In this document: positions 24,267 to 31,532 of the stretch, in pieces
Numbering within the stretch: the stretch's first letter is position 1
Layout: every line of letters starts with the position of its first letter
DNA from: a virus
Lineage: Duplodnaviria > Caudoviricetes
Reading direction: 5' to 3' (one strand)
Virus record (IMG/VR): IMGVR_UViG_3300034171_000077
Location: 1 to 31,532 of that record
Length of the DNA stretch: 31,532 nucleotides
The notes under the pieces: generated by a model
Seen by the model: only the letters and a program-made list of their open reading frames with translations
What the model was told of the DNA's origin: nothing
The model's database searches: none
Translations under genes and position numbers: made by a program

Positions 24267-24512
24267 TTAGTCGATTAGGATGTCGCCGCCGGGTCGGTGC
24301 AGGATTTCTTCCCCTGTCACATCAAAGCTTTCACGCATGGTGGCGCGCATGACCTCGACGGCTTTCAGTGCAAGGCACTGCACAACGGTCGTCTTTTTGC
24401 CCATGGCCTGGCCGTGAAAATCTAAGCAGATCAACATTTCTCCTTCGGCCGTTGCTTCGACAGTCACCGTGGCTTTGGTGCCAATTTCTTGCGCTACGCT
24501 GGCATCAGTCAT
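24267..24512 (-). CDS. Hypothetical early protein (81 aa)
   Basis: Overlaps the end of the HU gene; its stop abuts the ribozyme. Confidence 0.65.
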   Translation of the reverse strand: MTDASVAQEIGTKATVTVEATAEGEMLICLDFHGQAMGKKTTVVQCLALKAVEVMRATMRESFDVTGEEILHRPGGDILID

Positions 24513-24804
24513 GGCTCACCGCATCCTTCAGGGCCTTGGCAGCCTTGAACTTGGGGACCTTGGTTGCCGGCAGCTCAATGGCTTTACCGGTTTGCGGGTT
24601 GCGGCCCGTGCGGGCGGCGCGCTCGGCTACGATGAGCTTTCCAACACCGGGCAAGGTGACTTCGCCGCCCTGGGCCAGCTGCTCGTGAACAATGTCGGTC
24701 AGGCTGTCCACAACGGCGGTCATGTTGTCCTTGCTAATCGCGTAGTTCTCGCGCTTGGCGTGGTGTTTGGCAATCAGGGCGTCAATCAGTTGTGCTTTAT
24801 TCAC
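24505..24804 (-). CDS. HU/IHF-family DNA-bending protein
   Basis: GAGGA RBS and GTG; MNKAQLIDAL...V.LPGVGKL....RAARTGRNPQTGKAIELPATKVPKFKAAKALKDAV. Confidence 0.93.
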   Translation of the reverse strand: MNKAQLIDALIAKHHAKRENYAISKDNMTAVVDSLTDIVHEQLAQGGEVTLPGVGKLIVAERAARTGRNPQTGKAIELPATKVPKFKAAKALKDAVSHD

Positions 24805-24839
24805 GGGCAAATCCTCTTTGGTTTCGGGGTTTGGGTGGG

Positions 24840-25472
24840 TTAAAGGGCCGCTACGTCGAGCGGGATCTGGCGGTATGGGCCGTCTTCGCCCTGCCGTTCG
24901 TAAAAGCGCAAATAGCTTTTGGAGCCGGTCACCTGAATGGAGTCCATGATGGCTTGCATGGCGTTCTGCCACTTTTCGCTTTTAATGTTCAGGCTGCGCA
25001 GGCCCAGCACGCGGGCGGTGCTGATCTTGCCTTCCTTGTCGGTCTGGAATGCGTGCTCTACCAGGGCCTGCACTTCGCTGCTGCTGCCGGCGGTCCATTC
25101 GTGGATGCAGTGATCAATCAGTTCCTTGGCCACCTGCAGGCGTTCGTCGAACGCCAGGCTGTCAGCGATCGCGCGCTTGATCTGGTACTTGCCGTCGAAA
25201 CTGGACAGGGTGACGTTGCCCTTTTTACCGCCGTAGCGGGTGTCGTACTCACGGGCGCTCAGCTCCAGAAAGGCTTCCACTTCGCTGGAGATGTCGGCTT
25301 TCACGATGCGCATGAGCTTCTGCAATTCCTTCACTTTGGTAACAACGTCACTTACCAGCTCATCACGCAGGCGGTCTATGTCTTTCACTTGCGCCAGCGG
25401 CACCAGGTGCCCTTTGGCGTTTCGGCGGAATTGGTCGGTGTTTTCTGCGGTGTTCATAAGGCTATATCTCAC
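24840..25472 (-). CDS. DUF3164-family protein
   Basis: NAKGHLVP...K.ID.LRD, GGKKGNVTL.SFDG, FDERLQ.AK.LID.C, K.Y.RFYER. Start is GTG 25472 or ATG 25457. Confidence 0.85.
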   Translation of the reverse strand: MRYSLMNTAENTDQFRRNAKGHLVPLAQVKDIDRLRDELVSDVVTKVKELQKLMRIVKADISSEVEAFLELSAREYDTRYGGKKGNVTLSSFDGKYQIKRAIADSLAFDERLQVAKELIDHCIHEWTAGSSSEVQALVEHAFQTDKEGKISTARVLGLRSLNIKSEKWQNAMQAIMDSIQVTGSKSYLRFYERQGEDGPYRQIPLDVAAL

Positions 25473-25828
25473 GTGGTTTGTGGTTGTGTTGGCTGCGGGT
25501 TCAGGCTGCGCCGAAAGCAGCTGGCAATGCCTCGGCGCTTGGGGTGCCGGATGTGGCGCAGAGCCTGGAACGGGCGCACGTTGTTGCGCACAAAGCCGTC
25601 TAGCTGCAGGGCCAGTTCTTCTGCCTGGGCTTGCAGAAGCTCGGCACGAAGCAGGCGCTGTTGTACGCGCGTCTGTGCGGGCAGCAACGGAAAGTCAGCG
25701 TGCAGCAGGCGCGCATAGATCTCTGGGTTGGCCAGATACTGATCCAGCGTTAGCCCGTGCTTGTGCAGTAGGTGGGCGGCGAATACGTCGGCGTGGTGTT
25801 CCAGGTAAGCAACGGAGTACATTTTCAT
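25469..25828 (-). CDS. Hypothetical early protein
   Basis: ATGA-coupled to the upstream gene. Confidence 0.7.
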   Translation of the reverse strand: MKMYSVAYLEHHADVFAAHLLHKHGLTLDQYLANPEIYARLLHADFPLLPAQTRVQQRLLRAELLQAQAEELALQLDGFVRNNVRPFQALRHIRHPKRRGIASCFRRSLNPQPTQPQTT

Positions 25829-26184
25829 GACTGGCCTCGCTTTGGGTTGTGTTCACAGCTCTGGCACACGCGCCAAACGCGCATGGCCATGGGGTTGTGG
25901 GTAGGCGCAGGCCTGTCGCGATAGGCCCGGCACTGCTCAGTGCTGATCATTTCGTTGTGCGCTGGGCAGTGAATGCCGTCCAGTGCTGCCAGTATCCGGC
26001 GCTCCATGCCTGCGGTGCTGGGGCTGCTGTAGCGATTGGCCAGCAGCAGCGACACCGCCGTGCGGCTAATGCCAATGCGCTCCGCCGTTTTGGTGCGGTT
26101 CGAGGATTCCACCTCGTTTGCTAGCAGGATCACCCAGTGCGGGGGCTGGTCGCCCCAGTTTGAAATGTCGATTTTGCGGCTCAT
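25825..26184 (-). CDS. HTH protein with Cys-rich C-terminus
   Basis: AERIGISRTAVSLLL HTH; CP..., C, W..CQ.C. Confidence 0.75.
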   Translation of the reverse strand: MSRKIDISNWGDQPPHWVILLANEVESSNRTKTAERIGISRTAVSLLLANRYSSPSTAGMERRILAALDGIHCPAHNEMISTEQCRAYRDRPAPTHNPMAMRVWRVCQSCEHNPKRGQS

Positions 26185-26810
26185 TCGTCGCCTTCCTCTG
26201 TTTGCGGATTGCGGCGGTAAACCACTTCGCCGGTGTTGGGGTCGTATAGCTGCTTCAGGCGCTGAATCATGGGCGCACGCGGGCCGGTCCAGCGGCTTTG
26301 CACCAGGCGGTACCGGGCCGGAACGCCGGGGCTGCCTTTGCGTGTGGTGGCCAAGTACTCGGCACCGGCCAGCATGGTGCAGTAGTCTTTGGCGGTGTTT
26401 TCAGCCACCGGAAACGCGGGGGTAGACGCGGCCTGGGCCAAGTCTCGCGCGGTAAAGTGGCCTATGATTTTCACTGTGCGCCACATCTGTTCGCGGCCAC
26501 GGCCCTGGGTGACTTCGGTGCCGTCTTTGCGCACACGGGGCGCTTCCATGCCGCAGTCTTTGATCAGTTCGTACTGCACGGCCGGCCCCGGCGCGCCCTC
26601 AATAGGGCGCAGGTAACCGGCGGCCACCAAACCGGTGATGTAATCGCGCACGCGGCCTTTTGGGCCCCACTCGGAAGCTTTCTCCCACACTTGACGGACG
26701 GTAATTGGCCAGCTGGTACGGTGCATCTTGCGGATCACTTCCCACATGTGTTGTCGATCGCCCTTTGGCCCCTGGGCCTGCAGGTGTACGGGTTTGCGAG
26801 TTACCGCCAT
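26181..26810 (-). CDS. Tandem winged-helix-like hypothetical protein downstream of B
   Basis: Two similar halves (RQHMW..I...Y..GLV.AGYL / REQMW....Y..ML..AEYL); TGPRAP.IQR...YDPN. Confidence 0.75.
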   Translation of the reverse strand: MAVTRKPVHLQAQGPKGDRQHMWEVIRKMHRTSWPITVRQVWEKASEWGPKGRVRDYITGLVAAGYLRPIEGAPGPAVQYELIKDCGMEAPRVRKDGTEVTQGRGREQMWRTVKIIGHFTARDLAQAASTPAFPVAENTAKDYCTMLAGAEYLATTRKGSPGVPARYRLVQSRWTGPRAPMIQRLKQLYDPNTGEVVYRRNPQTEEGDE

Positions 26811-26812
26811 TC

Positions 26813-27532
26813 TTATGTTCTCCGCGTCGGTGGCTGCCCGGTGTGTATGGCGCGCTCGCCCCAGGTGGCCACGTCTACCCGGCCCCAGTTGTTGGCCAAC
26901 GCTTCGCTGTGAATGCGGTACAGGTTCACCGCAACGCGGCGCAGGCAGCCCTTCACGCGGGTGCGCACCACCTCCAGCAAGTCATCAGCCATTTCAACAT
27001 CCGGGTAACTCGCCTCGGCCAGCGCCTGCACGTCGTCCAGGCTGGCCGCTTGTGCCGGCACCCACTCAAGCACCCGGTTGTGTAGGCGCTCAAGGCGAGC
27101 CATGGAGGCGGGCACACGCTCTTCACCGATCAGAATCAGGGTTCCCTGGCTGGCGTTGTAGATGTCGGTCAGCACGTTGGCGGCGCTTTTGTCGATCACG
27201 TATTGCACGTCGTCGATGATGATCGGGCGGCCCGATCGGCTAAGCTGCTCGGCCACCTGGTCCACCATTTCGCTCAGCGTTTTGGTGGGGATGATGCCCA
27301 TTTCCCGCAGGATGGCGGTCAGGAACGCTTTCTTGGTCCAGCTCTCGCGGCACTCCACGTAATAGGCACGGTGCAGGTTGGCCGCGTAAGCCGCTGCCAG
27401 GCTTTTGCCGTAACCACTGGGGCCGTACATAACGACCAGCCCTGGGAGTTCTGCCGGGCGGTTGGCCGCGCTTTCTACCGCGCGGGCCAGCAGCCCAACG
27501 TTGCTCAGTGGTACAATGGTGTTGACGCTCAT
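26813..27532 (-). CDS. Transposition ATPase B (AAA+)
   Basis: Walker A GPSGYGKS, Walker B IIIDD, LIGEE; follows the transposase. AAAGGA RBS before ATG 27532 (alternative start 27571). Confidence 0.9.
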   Translation of the reverse strand: MSVNTIVPLSNVGLLARAVESAANRPAELPGLVVMYGPSGYGKSLAAAYAANLHRAYYVECRESWTKKAFLTAILREMGIIPTKTLSEMVDQVAEQLSRSGRPIIIDDVQYVIDKSAANVLTDIYNASQGTLILIGEERVPASMARLERLHNRVLEWVPAQAASLDDVQALAEASYPDVEMADDLLEVVRTRVKGCLRRVAVNLYRIHSEALANNWGRVDVATWGERAIHTGQPPTRRT

Positions 27533-27574
27533 ACATGTTCCTTTGGTTTGGTTCTTGGGTGTCATGGCCATGCG

Positions 27575-29665
27575 CTACATGGCCCTGCGGGCGCTGACGG
27601 TTTTGCCGTCGGCGCTCGCATCCATCACGCGTTTGATGGCGCGGTGGTCGGCGGTCGCCGGGAAACTTTCCAGCCATTCCTGTTCTTTCTTGCTCAACAC
27701 ATCTCCTTCCGTTGCACGCTTCTCAAGTTTCTTCCACAGCCGATAACGGGCCATTGGGTCTTCTGGAATTACAAACGTTTCAGGCTGGCAGGCCGCCAGT
27801 TGCTTGGCTTTTGCGCGGCCTGCGGCAAGCTGCCGTTGAAGGTCATCGGTGTTTTCCTCTGGCTCGATGACGCGAATTTCCACATCTTTGCCGGTCACCG
27901 TTTTGGCCTTGGTGGCCAGCAGCTTGATCTGGCCTTTCACACGCTTATCACCAGCACGCTGAAGGACGGTTTGAGGCTGGGCCTCTGTGGAATTACCGTG
28001 CAGCTCAGCCTCGCCAATCAGCTCGCCTTCAAGGGTAAAAACACCGACGCTTGAGGCGTTGCGGTAATCCCAGGCCACCTTTATTTCCTCGCCGTGGAAA
28101 TCGCGCAGGCTGTCCAGGAAGTAGATCTCGCTATTAATGCGCACCTCGCCCCGATTGGTTTTGCGCACTTCTTGCGGCCGGGTCAGCGATGCCACCAGGT
28201 CAGCCTCGGCGGTAATAGCCTCAAAGCCTTCAACCTCGGCACTCGCCCAGATTTCCATTGGGCTTTGGTGGCGAAAGCGCAGGGTATTCAGGTCGCGAAT
28301 CTTCCGCAGGCCTGAATGCGGGGTGTGGTTGTATTTCTCTACGGCGGCGGTCAGGCGCTCGTAAAACTCCTGAAATGACGGGATGTTTACCGGCTTGAGC
28401 CCGGCTTTTATCGCCTTGCGAGACAGCCTGTGGGCGCGGGTGGCGGCCTGTTTGTCCATATCAGCACCGATGTAGCTGTCAAACTCTTTTGCCAGGCGCA
28501 CCAGTGTGGTTCTGTGGGGGCGCTCAATAATGCCGCGGCCTTGCGAGTTGTATGGCAGGGCGTGAGTAATGGTGCCACCCAGGCGATCAACCACTTCGTA
28601 GACGGCGGCGTTCTTGAAGCCGGAACCGTTATCCACATAGAACAGGCTGAACATACCGGCGTTGGTAATGCCGTGGCGCAAGGCGTCCAGCGTGGCCACG
28701 GTGCTTTCCGCCAGGTTCAGCGCAAAGCCCACAATGCGGCGGGTATACCAGTCCAGTACCACGGTAATTTCAGGGCGAAACGCCTGACCGGTCAGCGGGT
28801 TCATCACCTCGGCATCAAAGGTATGGCCATCCGATACCCACACATCATTCGGCCACATGTGGTCTGTGCTCCGGCGCTTGAACGGTTGCAACGCTTTCAG
28901 TTCTTGCGGGCTACGGCGGCCTTTCTCGCGGGCTTCCGGGGTCAGCTTTTTCAGCCAGCGACGCACCTGGTCAATAGACGGGTGCGGCGGTTCGGTTTGT
29001 TCGCGCAATTGCTCAAAGGCGGCGGCAATGCTGGGCTTTTGTGGGCGCTGATACCGCGCCAGAAAAGCAGGCCCCCACGATGGCACGTTCATATCAGCTT
29101 TCCGGCGGGCGGGTGCCAGTGCACGTTCGCCATGCTTTTTGAAGTCGGCAAACCAGCGTTTCAGCGTTCGCACCGAGAGTGTGCGGGTGTCGGTTTTGCG
29201 ATCGTTGGCGCGCACTGCCCGCTCAGCCAGATAAGGCGTTAGAGTTTTCTCACGCGCAGCTTTTACTAACGTGTCGATTGCCTTCTGCTGGCTGGTTACC
29301 TGGCTCAATCGCTGAACCTCACGAACGAAGGCCACGCGGGCTGTCATCACAGACATCTGGTCGTCGTTCAGTTCTTCATAGCGGGCCAGTTTCCGTTCCG
29401 CTTTCTCGGGCTCCGGCGCTAGCAAATCAGCGCCGGTACCGGAAGAGGTGAACGCCCGGGCCAGCAGTGCGTCACGCGTTACCTGGGGCAGGCTGGCGAA
29501 GGCATATTGCAGACCACCGCCGCGGCCTTGGCGCTTCCGTGACCCCCAGCCTTCGTTGCCGGCCTTGAGACTGACGCCGCGGCGAGTTCCAGGCATGCCG
29601 TCCAGCCCAGCCAACTCAACCGCTGTGTAGAAATCCTGAACTGGCAACACGCCCCGGCTGCTCAT
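27575..29665 (-). CDS. Mu-type DDE transposase A
   Basis: N-terminal Mu DNA-binding domain (ELAGL.GMP.T..G...A..EGW..R...GGG.Y), WVSDGHTFD, YVDNGSG, GIIER, YN..PHS.L. Confidence 0.96.
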   Translation of the reverse strand: MSSRGVLPVQDFYTAVELAGLDGMPGTRRGVSLKAGNEGWGSRKRQGRGGGLQYAFASLPQVTRDALLARAFTSSGTGADLLAPEPEKAERKLARYEELNDDQMSVMTARVAFVREVQRLSQVTSQQKAIDTLVKAAREKTLTPYLAERAVRANDRKTDTRTLSVRTLKRWFADFKKHGERALAPARRKADMNVPSWGPAFLARYQRPQKPSIAAAFEQLREQTEPPHPSIDQVRRWLKKLTPEAREKGRRSPQELKALQPFKRRSTDHMWPNDVWVSDGHTFDAEVMNPLTGQAFRPEITVVLDWYTRRIVGFALNLAESTVATLDALRHGITNAGMFSLFYVDNGSGFKNAAVYEVVDRLGGTITHALPYNSQGRGIIERPHRTTLVRLAKEFDSYIGADMDKQAATRAHRLSRKAIKAGLKPVNIPSFQEFYERLTAAVEKYNHTPHSGLRKIRDLNTLRFRHQSPMEIWASAEVEGFEAITAEADLVASLTRPQEVRKTNRGEVRINSEIYFLDSLRDFHGEEIKVAWDYRNASSVGVFTLEGELIGEAELHGNSTEAQPQTVLQRAGDKRVKGQIKLLATKAKTVTGKDVEIRVIEPEENTDDLQRQLAAGRAKAKQLAACQPETFVIPEDPMARYRLWKKLEKRATEGDVLSKKEQEWLESFPATADHRAIKRVMDASADGKTVSARRAM

Positions 29666-30099
29666 TCCTCGTCTCCCATCAACCGCTTCATCTCACGCAT
29701 TTCCGCGTGAAGCTTGTCTTTCATCTGCTGCATTTTCCCGTACTGTGCTGCCAACGCCTCGCGGCCATAAGCCACACGACCACCGCGCAGGTGTACCAGC
29801 CAGTCGGTAAACCCGTGGCTTTGGCAAACCTCTTCCAGCAACGGCACTCTATATAGAGGGATGTTGTGCTCAGCGCGGGCTGGGCTAGACCAGGCATCCA
29901 GCATGTGCTTTGACACGTCGTCACCAGATAGCCGGCTCATTTGTGAGGCAACCTCATAGCGGTCGTGGGGCGATCCTTTTAGAACGCTGCCCACCAGTTC
30001 GCTCACTTGGGCAGCGTAGTTACCGCTGCCGGGTGCGGGCACGATGGGCTTTGGAACCTCGAAAATGTCTAATGTGGCGGTATCTTTGACGCGACGCAT
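29662..30099 (-). CDS. Conserved hypothetical regulatory protein between ner and A
   Basis: R.EVA..MS.LSG..VSKHMLDAWSS; coupled to neighbouring genes. Confidence 0.75.
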   Translation of the reverse strand: MRRVKDTATLDIFEVPKPIVPAPGSGNYAAQVSELVGSVLKGSPHDRYEVASQMSRLSGDDVSKHMLDAWSSPARAEHNIPLYRVPLLEEVCQSHGFTDWLVHLRGGRVAYGREALAAQYGKMQQMKDKLHAEMREMKRLMGDEE

Positions 30100-30101
30100 G
30101 G

Positions 30102-30437
30102 TTAAGCACTCCGTGCTATTTGACAGTGCGCGATAGCGTTAGATTTTGTAGGCTTATGGCCTATAATCGGTTTGCGCTCACCCATGTTTGGGCGATCGCG
30201 GCACGGGGTAAGGTCGGGGTTCCAGCGATCTGGCCAAATAGTCCAGGGCTCCAGGTCCAAAACTGTGGCAATGCCGCGCTCAACACGTGGGTATTTCACC
30301 CGCTTTGCGTTAAGCACAGATTGACGGCTGATTCCCAGGCCTTGGGCGACCATGGCAAGAGAAGATCCGCGCACACGGAGTTGATATTTAATCCACTCCC
30401 AGCGCAGCTCAGAATCAGCCGGTATTTTGGTTTTCAT
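30102..30437 (-). CDS. ner: Ner-like HTH regulator
   Basis: IK..LR.RG.SL..VA...G, YPRVER.IA..L...P..IWP.RW; GAGGTG RBS; divergent from the repressor. Confidence 0.88.
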   Translation of the reverse strand: MKTKIPADSELRWEWIKYQLRVRGSSLAMVAQGLGISRQSVLNAKRVKYPRVERGIATVLDLEPWTIWPDRWNPDLTPCRDRPNMGERKPIIGHKPTKSNAIAHCQIARSA

Positions 30438-30489
30438 AGCGTCACCTCAGTGGCGTTTTTTTGGGATGTCTATCGGTTACTTGGTACTA

Positions 30490-30518
30490 AACATAACTTG
30501 ATAAAGTTAGGCTAGCAA
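30490..30518 (-). promoter_or_regulatory. Early promoter (sigma70): TTGCTA-17-TATGTT with palindrome TAACTT-N4-AAGTTA (30494-30509) over the spacer
   Basis: Near-consensus hexamers at 17-bp spacing upstream of ner in AT-rich divergent DNA. Confidence 0.6.
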
Positions 30519-30604
30519 CCCCTAAAAGGTTATTTCCATGTTCTTTCCGGTTAAATAGTTAGTCGTAAAGAGTTTAATTATTCGAAATCATGGAGTTACG
30601 AAAC

Positions 30605-31312
30605 ATGGAAGAAGGCAAGAAAAAAACATCCGCACTTCCAGGCTCAGCCCCCGAAGATGGAAGAGACTTAGAGTTCATTGGAAGACTAAAGGTTCTTGTA
30701 GCAGGAACTGGTAGCGCTAATGCGCTGGCTAAGGCGGCAGGGATTTCACAAAGCGGTATACAGCGTTATTTGAATGGCGGTGAGCCTAGTCGAAAAGCGT
30801 TAATCGCTATCGCGTTAGCGGGAGGAGTATCTGTCGGCTGGCTGGCCACTGGTCACGGCGAACCAGAAGACCCGGTGACGGCCAGTGCACCAGAGTTAGA
30901 AGACTACGCATTTGTTCCTCTCTACGACGCTCAGTGCAGCGCAGGGGACGGCAGCTGGAACGAGGATTCACGCGTGCTCACCAAACTAAGCTTTACGCGG
31001 TACAGCCTCAGGAAGCAGGGCCTGACGCCTGACCGCCTTTCAGCGATCCGTATAGATGGTGACTCTATGGAGCCCGTGCTGCACAGCGGCGACACGGTTC
31101 TGATTGATCACACCAGAATAACGATTGAGGGCGAGGGTATATATGTACTGCGGCTGGACGGGCATCTCTACGCCAAGCGCCTACAGCGGAATTTTGATGG
31201 CGTGGTGGTCATCAGCGCCAATAAAGAATACGCACCAATTACCATTCCTAACAATCGGCTCGATGAACTGGAGATAGTGGGGCGCGCGGTGTGGTCTGCG
31301 GGGTGGCTGTGA
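30605..31312 (+). CDS. CI/LexA-like repressor: HTH plus S24 peptidase domain
   Basis: LAKAAGISQSGIQRYLNG HTH, WLATG, SAG cleavage site, GDSMEP (Ser), AKRL (Lys). GGAG before ATG 30605 (alternative start 30590). Confidence 0.93.
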   Translation: MEEGKKKTSALPGSAPEDGRDLEFIGRLKVLVAGTGSANALAKAAGISQSGIQRYLNGGEPSRKALIAIALAGGVSVGWLATGHGEPEDPVTASAPELEDYAFVPLYDAQCSAGDGSWNEDSRVLTKLSFTRYSLRKQGLTPDRLSAIRIDGDSMEPVLHSGDTVLIDHTRITIEGEGIYVLRLDGHLYAKRLQRNFDGVVVISANKEYAPITIPNNRLDELEIVGRAVWSAGWL

Positions 31313-31337
31313 GCCATCCAGGCTACCCGGGCGGCGG

Positions 31338-31531
31338 TGCCAAATGTAGCGCCTAAATTAAACATTCGTGCAATTTTCGTGATTTTCTACAGTTGCACTA
31401 TATTTGGCATCTTTGCTGCGGTGTCATTTCTGGCAATCCCCCTGTTTTCGCGGCGCTCAGCCCAGATTGAACCATTTCTTCCCATTTCTTCCCGTCTTTC
31501 TTTTCTATGCCATATCTAATGCTAGTTCACA
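31338..31531. repeat. Phage left end: four ~15-bp repeats (consensus TGCCAWATNTARYGC) and terminal ...ACA
   Basis: TGCCAAATGTAGCGC (31338 +), TGCCAAATATAGTGC (31395-31409 -), degenerate TGTCATTTCTGGCAA (31422 +), TGCCATATCTAATGC (31508 +), then TAGTTCACA. Confidence 0.7.
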
Positions 31532-31532
31532 C

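Larger units (their letters stand above)
1..31531 (-). mobile_element. Mu-like transposable (pro)phage; left end present, right part (tail fibre onward) truncated by the window
   Basis: Gene order repressor/ner/A/B/early/Mor/lysis/terminase/portal/F/I/T/tail/baseplate matches Mu-type phages. DDE transposase plus AAA ATPase and no integrase. TGT terminus with repeats. Confidence 0.96.

Noticed and set aside
27205-27225. Walker B reads DD instead of DE in the B ATPase
   Set aside because: A conservative variant in an otherwise intact gene; not enough to call it inactive.
335-30515. Numerous plus-strand and off-frame ORFs in the track (e.g. 7241-7993, 9449-10258, 16369-17259, 24792-25718, 27203-28054, 28430-29242)
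   Set aside because: They are shadows of recognisable minus-strand phage genes in GC-rich DNA, with no family motifs.
31168-31519. Short ORFs 31168-31365 (-) and 31337-31519 (+)
   Set aside because: They overlap the repressor or the end repeats; the hydrophobicity reflects T-rich end DNA and there is no RBS.
1-31532. CRISPR arrays, tRNA/rRNA, invertase (gin), mom, gam, reverse transcriptase
   Set aside because: None seen; gin and mom would lie beyond the truncated tail-fibre end.

Overview
Almost the whole window is a Mu-like (transposable, contractile-tailed) phage or prophage genome lying on the minus strand. It runs from its apparent left terminus (5'-TGT on the minus strand at ~31531, one base from the window edge) through the repressor/ner switch, the A/B transposition genes, an early accessory region, a Mor/C-family activator, lysis, packaging, head, tail and baseplate genes. 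The window cuts off in the start of the tail-fibre gene. The DNA is GC-rich and the host is probably a gammaproteobacterium (inference only). Features not explained by the ORF track: (1) a complete type II hammerhead ribozyme with a pseudoknot, filling the gap between two early genes (24208-24266, minus); (2) two late promoters with identical architecture that appear to give leaderless mRNAs; (3) a -1 frameshift producing the long tail chaperone; (4) an internal start for the scaffold protein; (5) a 33-aa gene coupled between the two terminase subunits; (6) an opposite-strand membrane-protein moron inside the tail operon; (7) a MuF protein with a probable nuclease-like C-terminal extension; (8) four end repeats. 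All product calls come from motif recognition and synteny, not from database searches.
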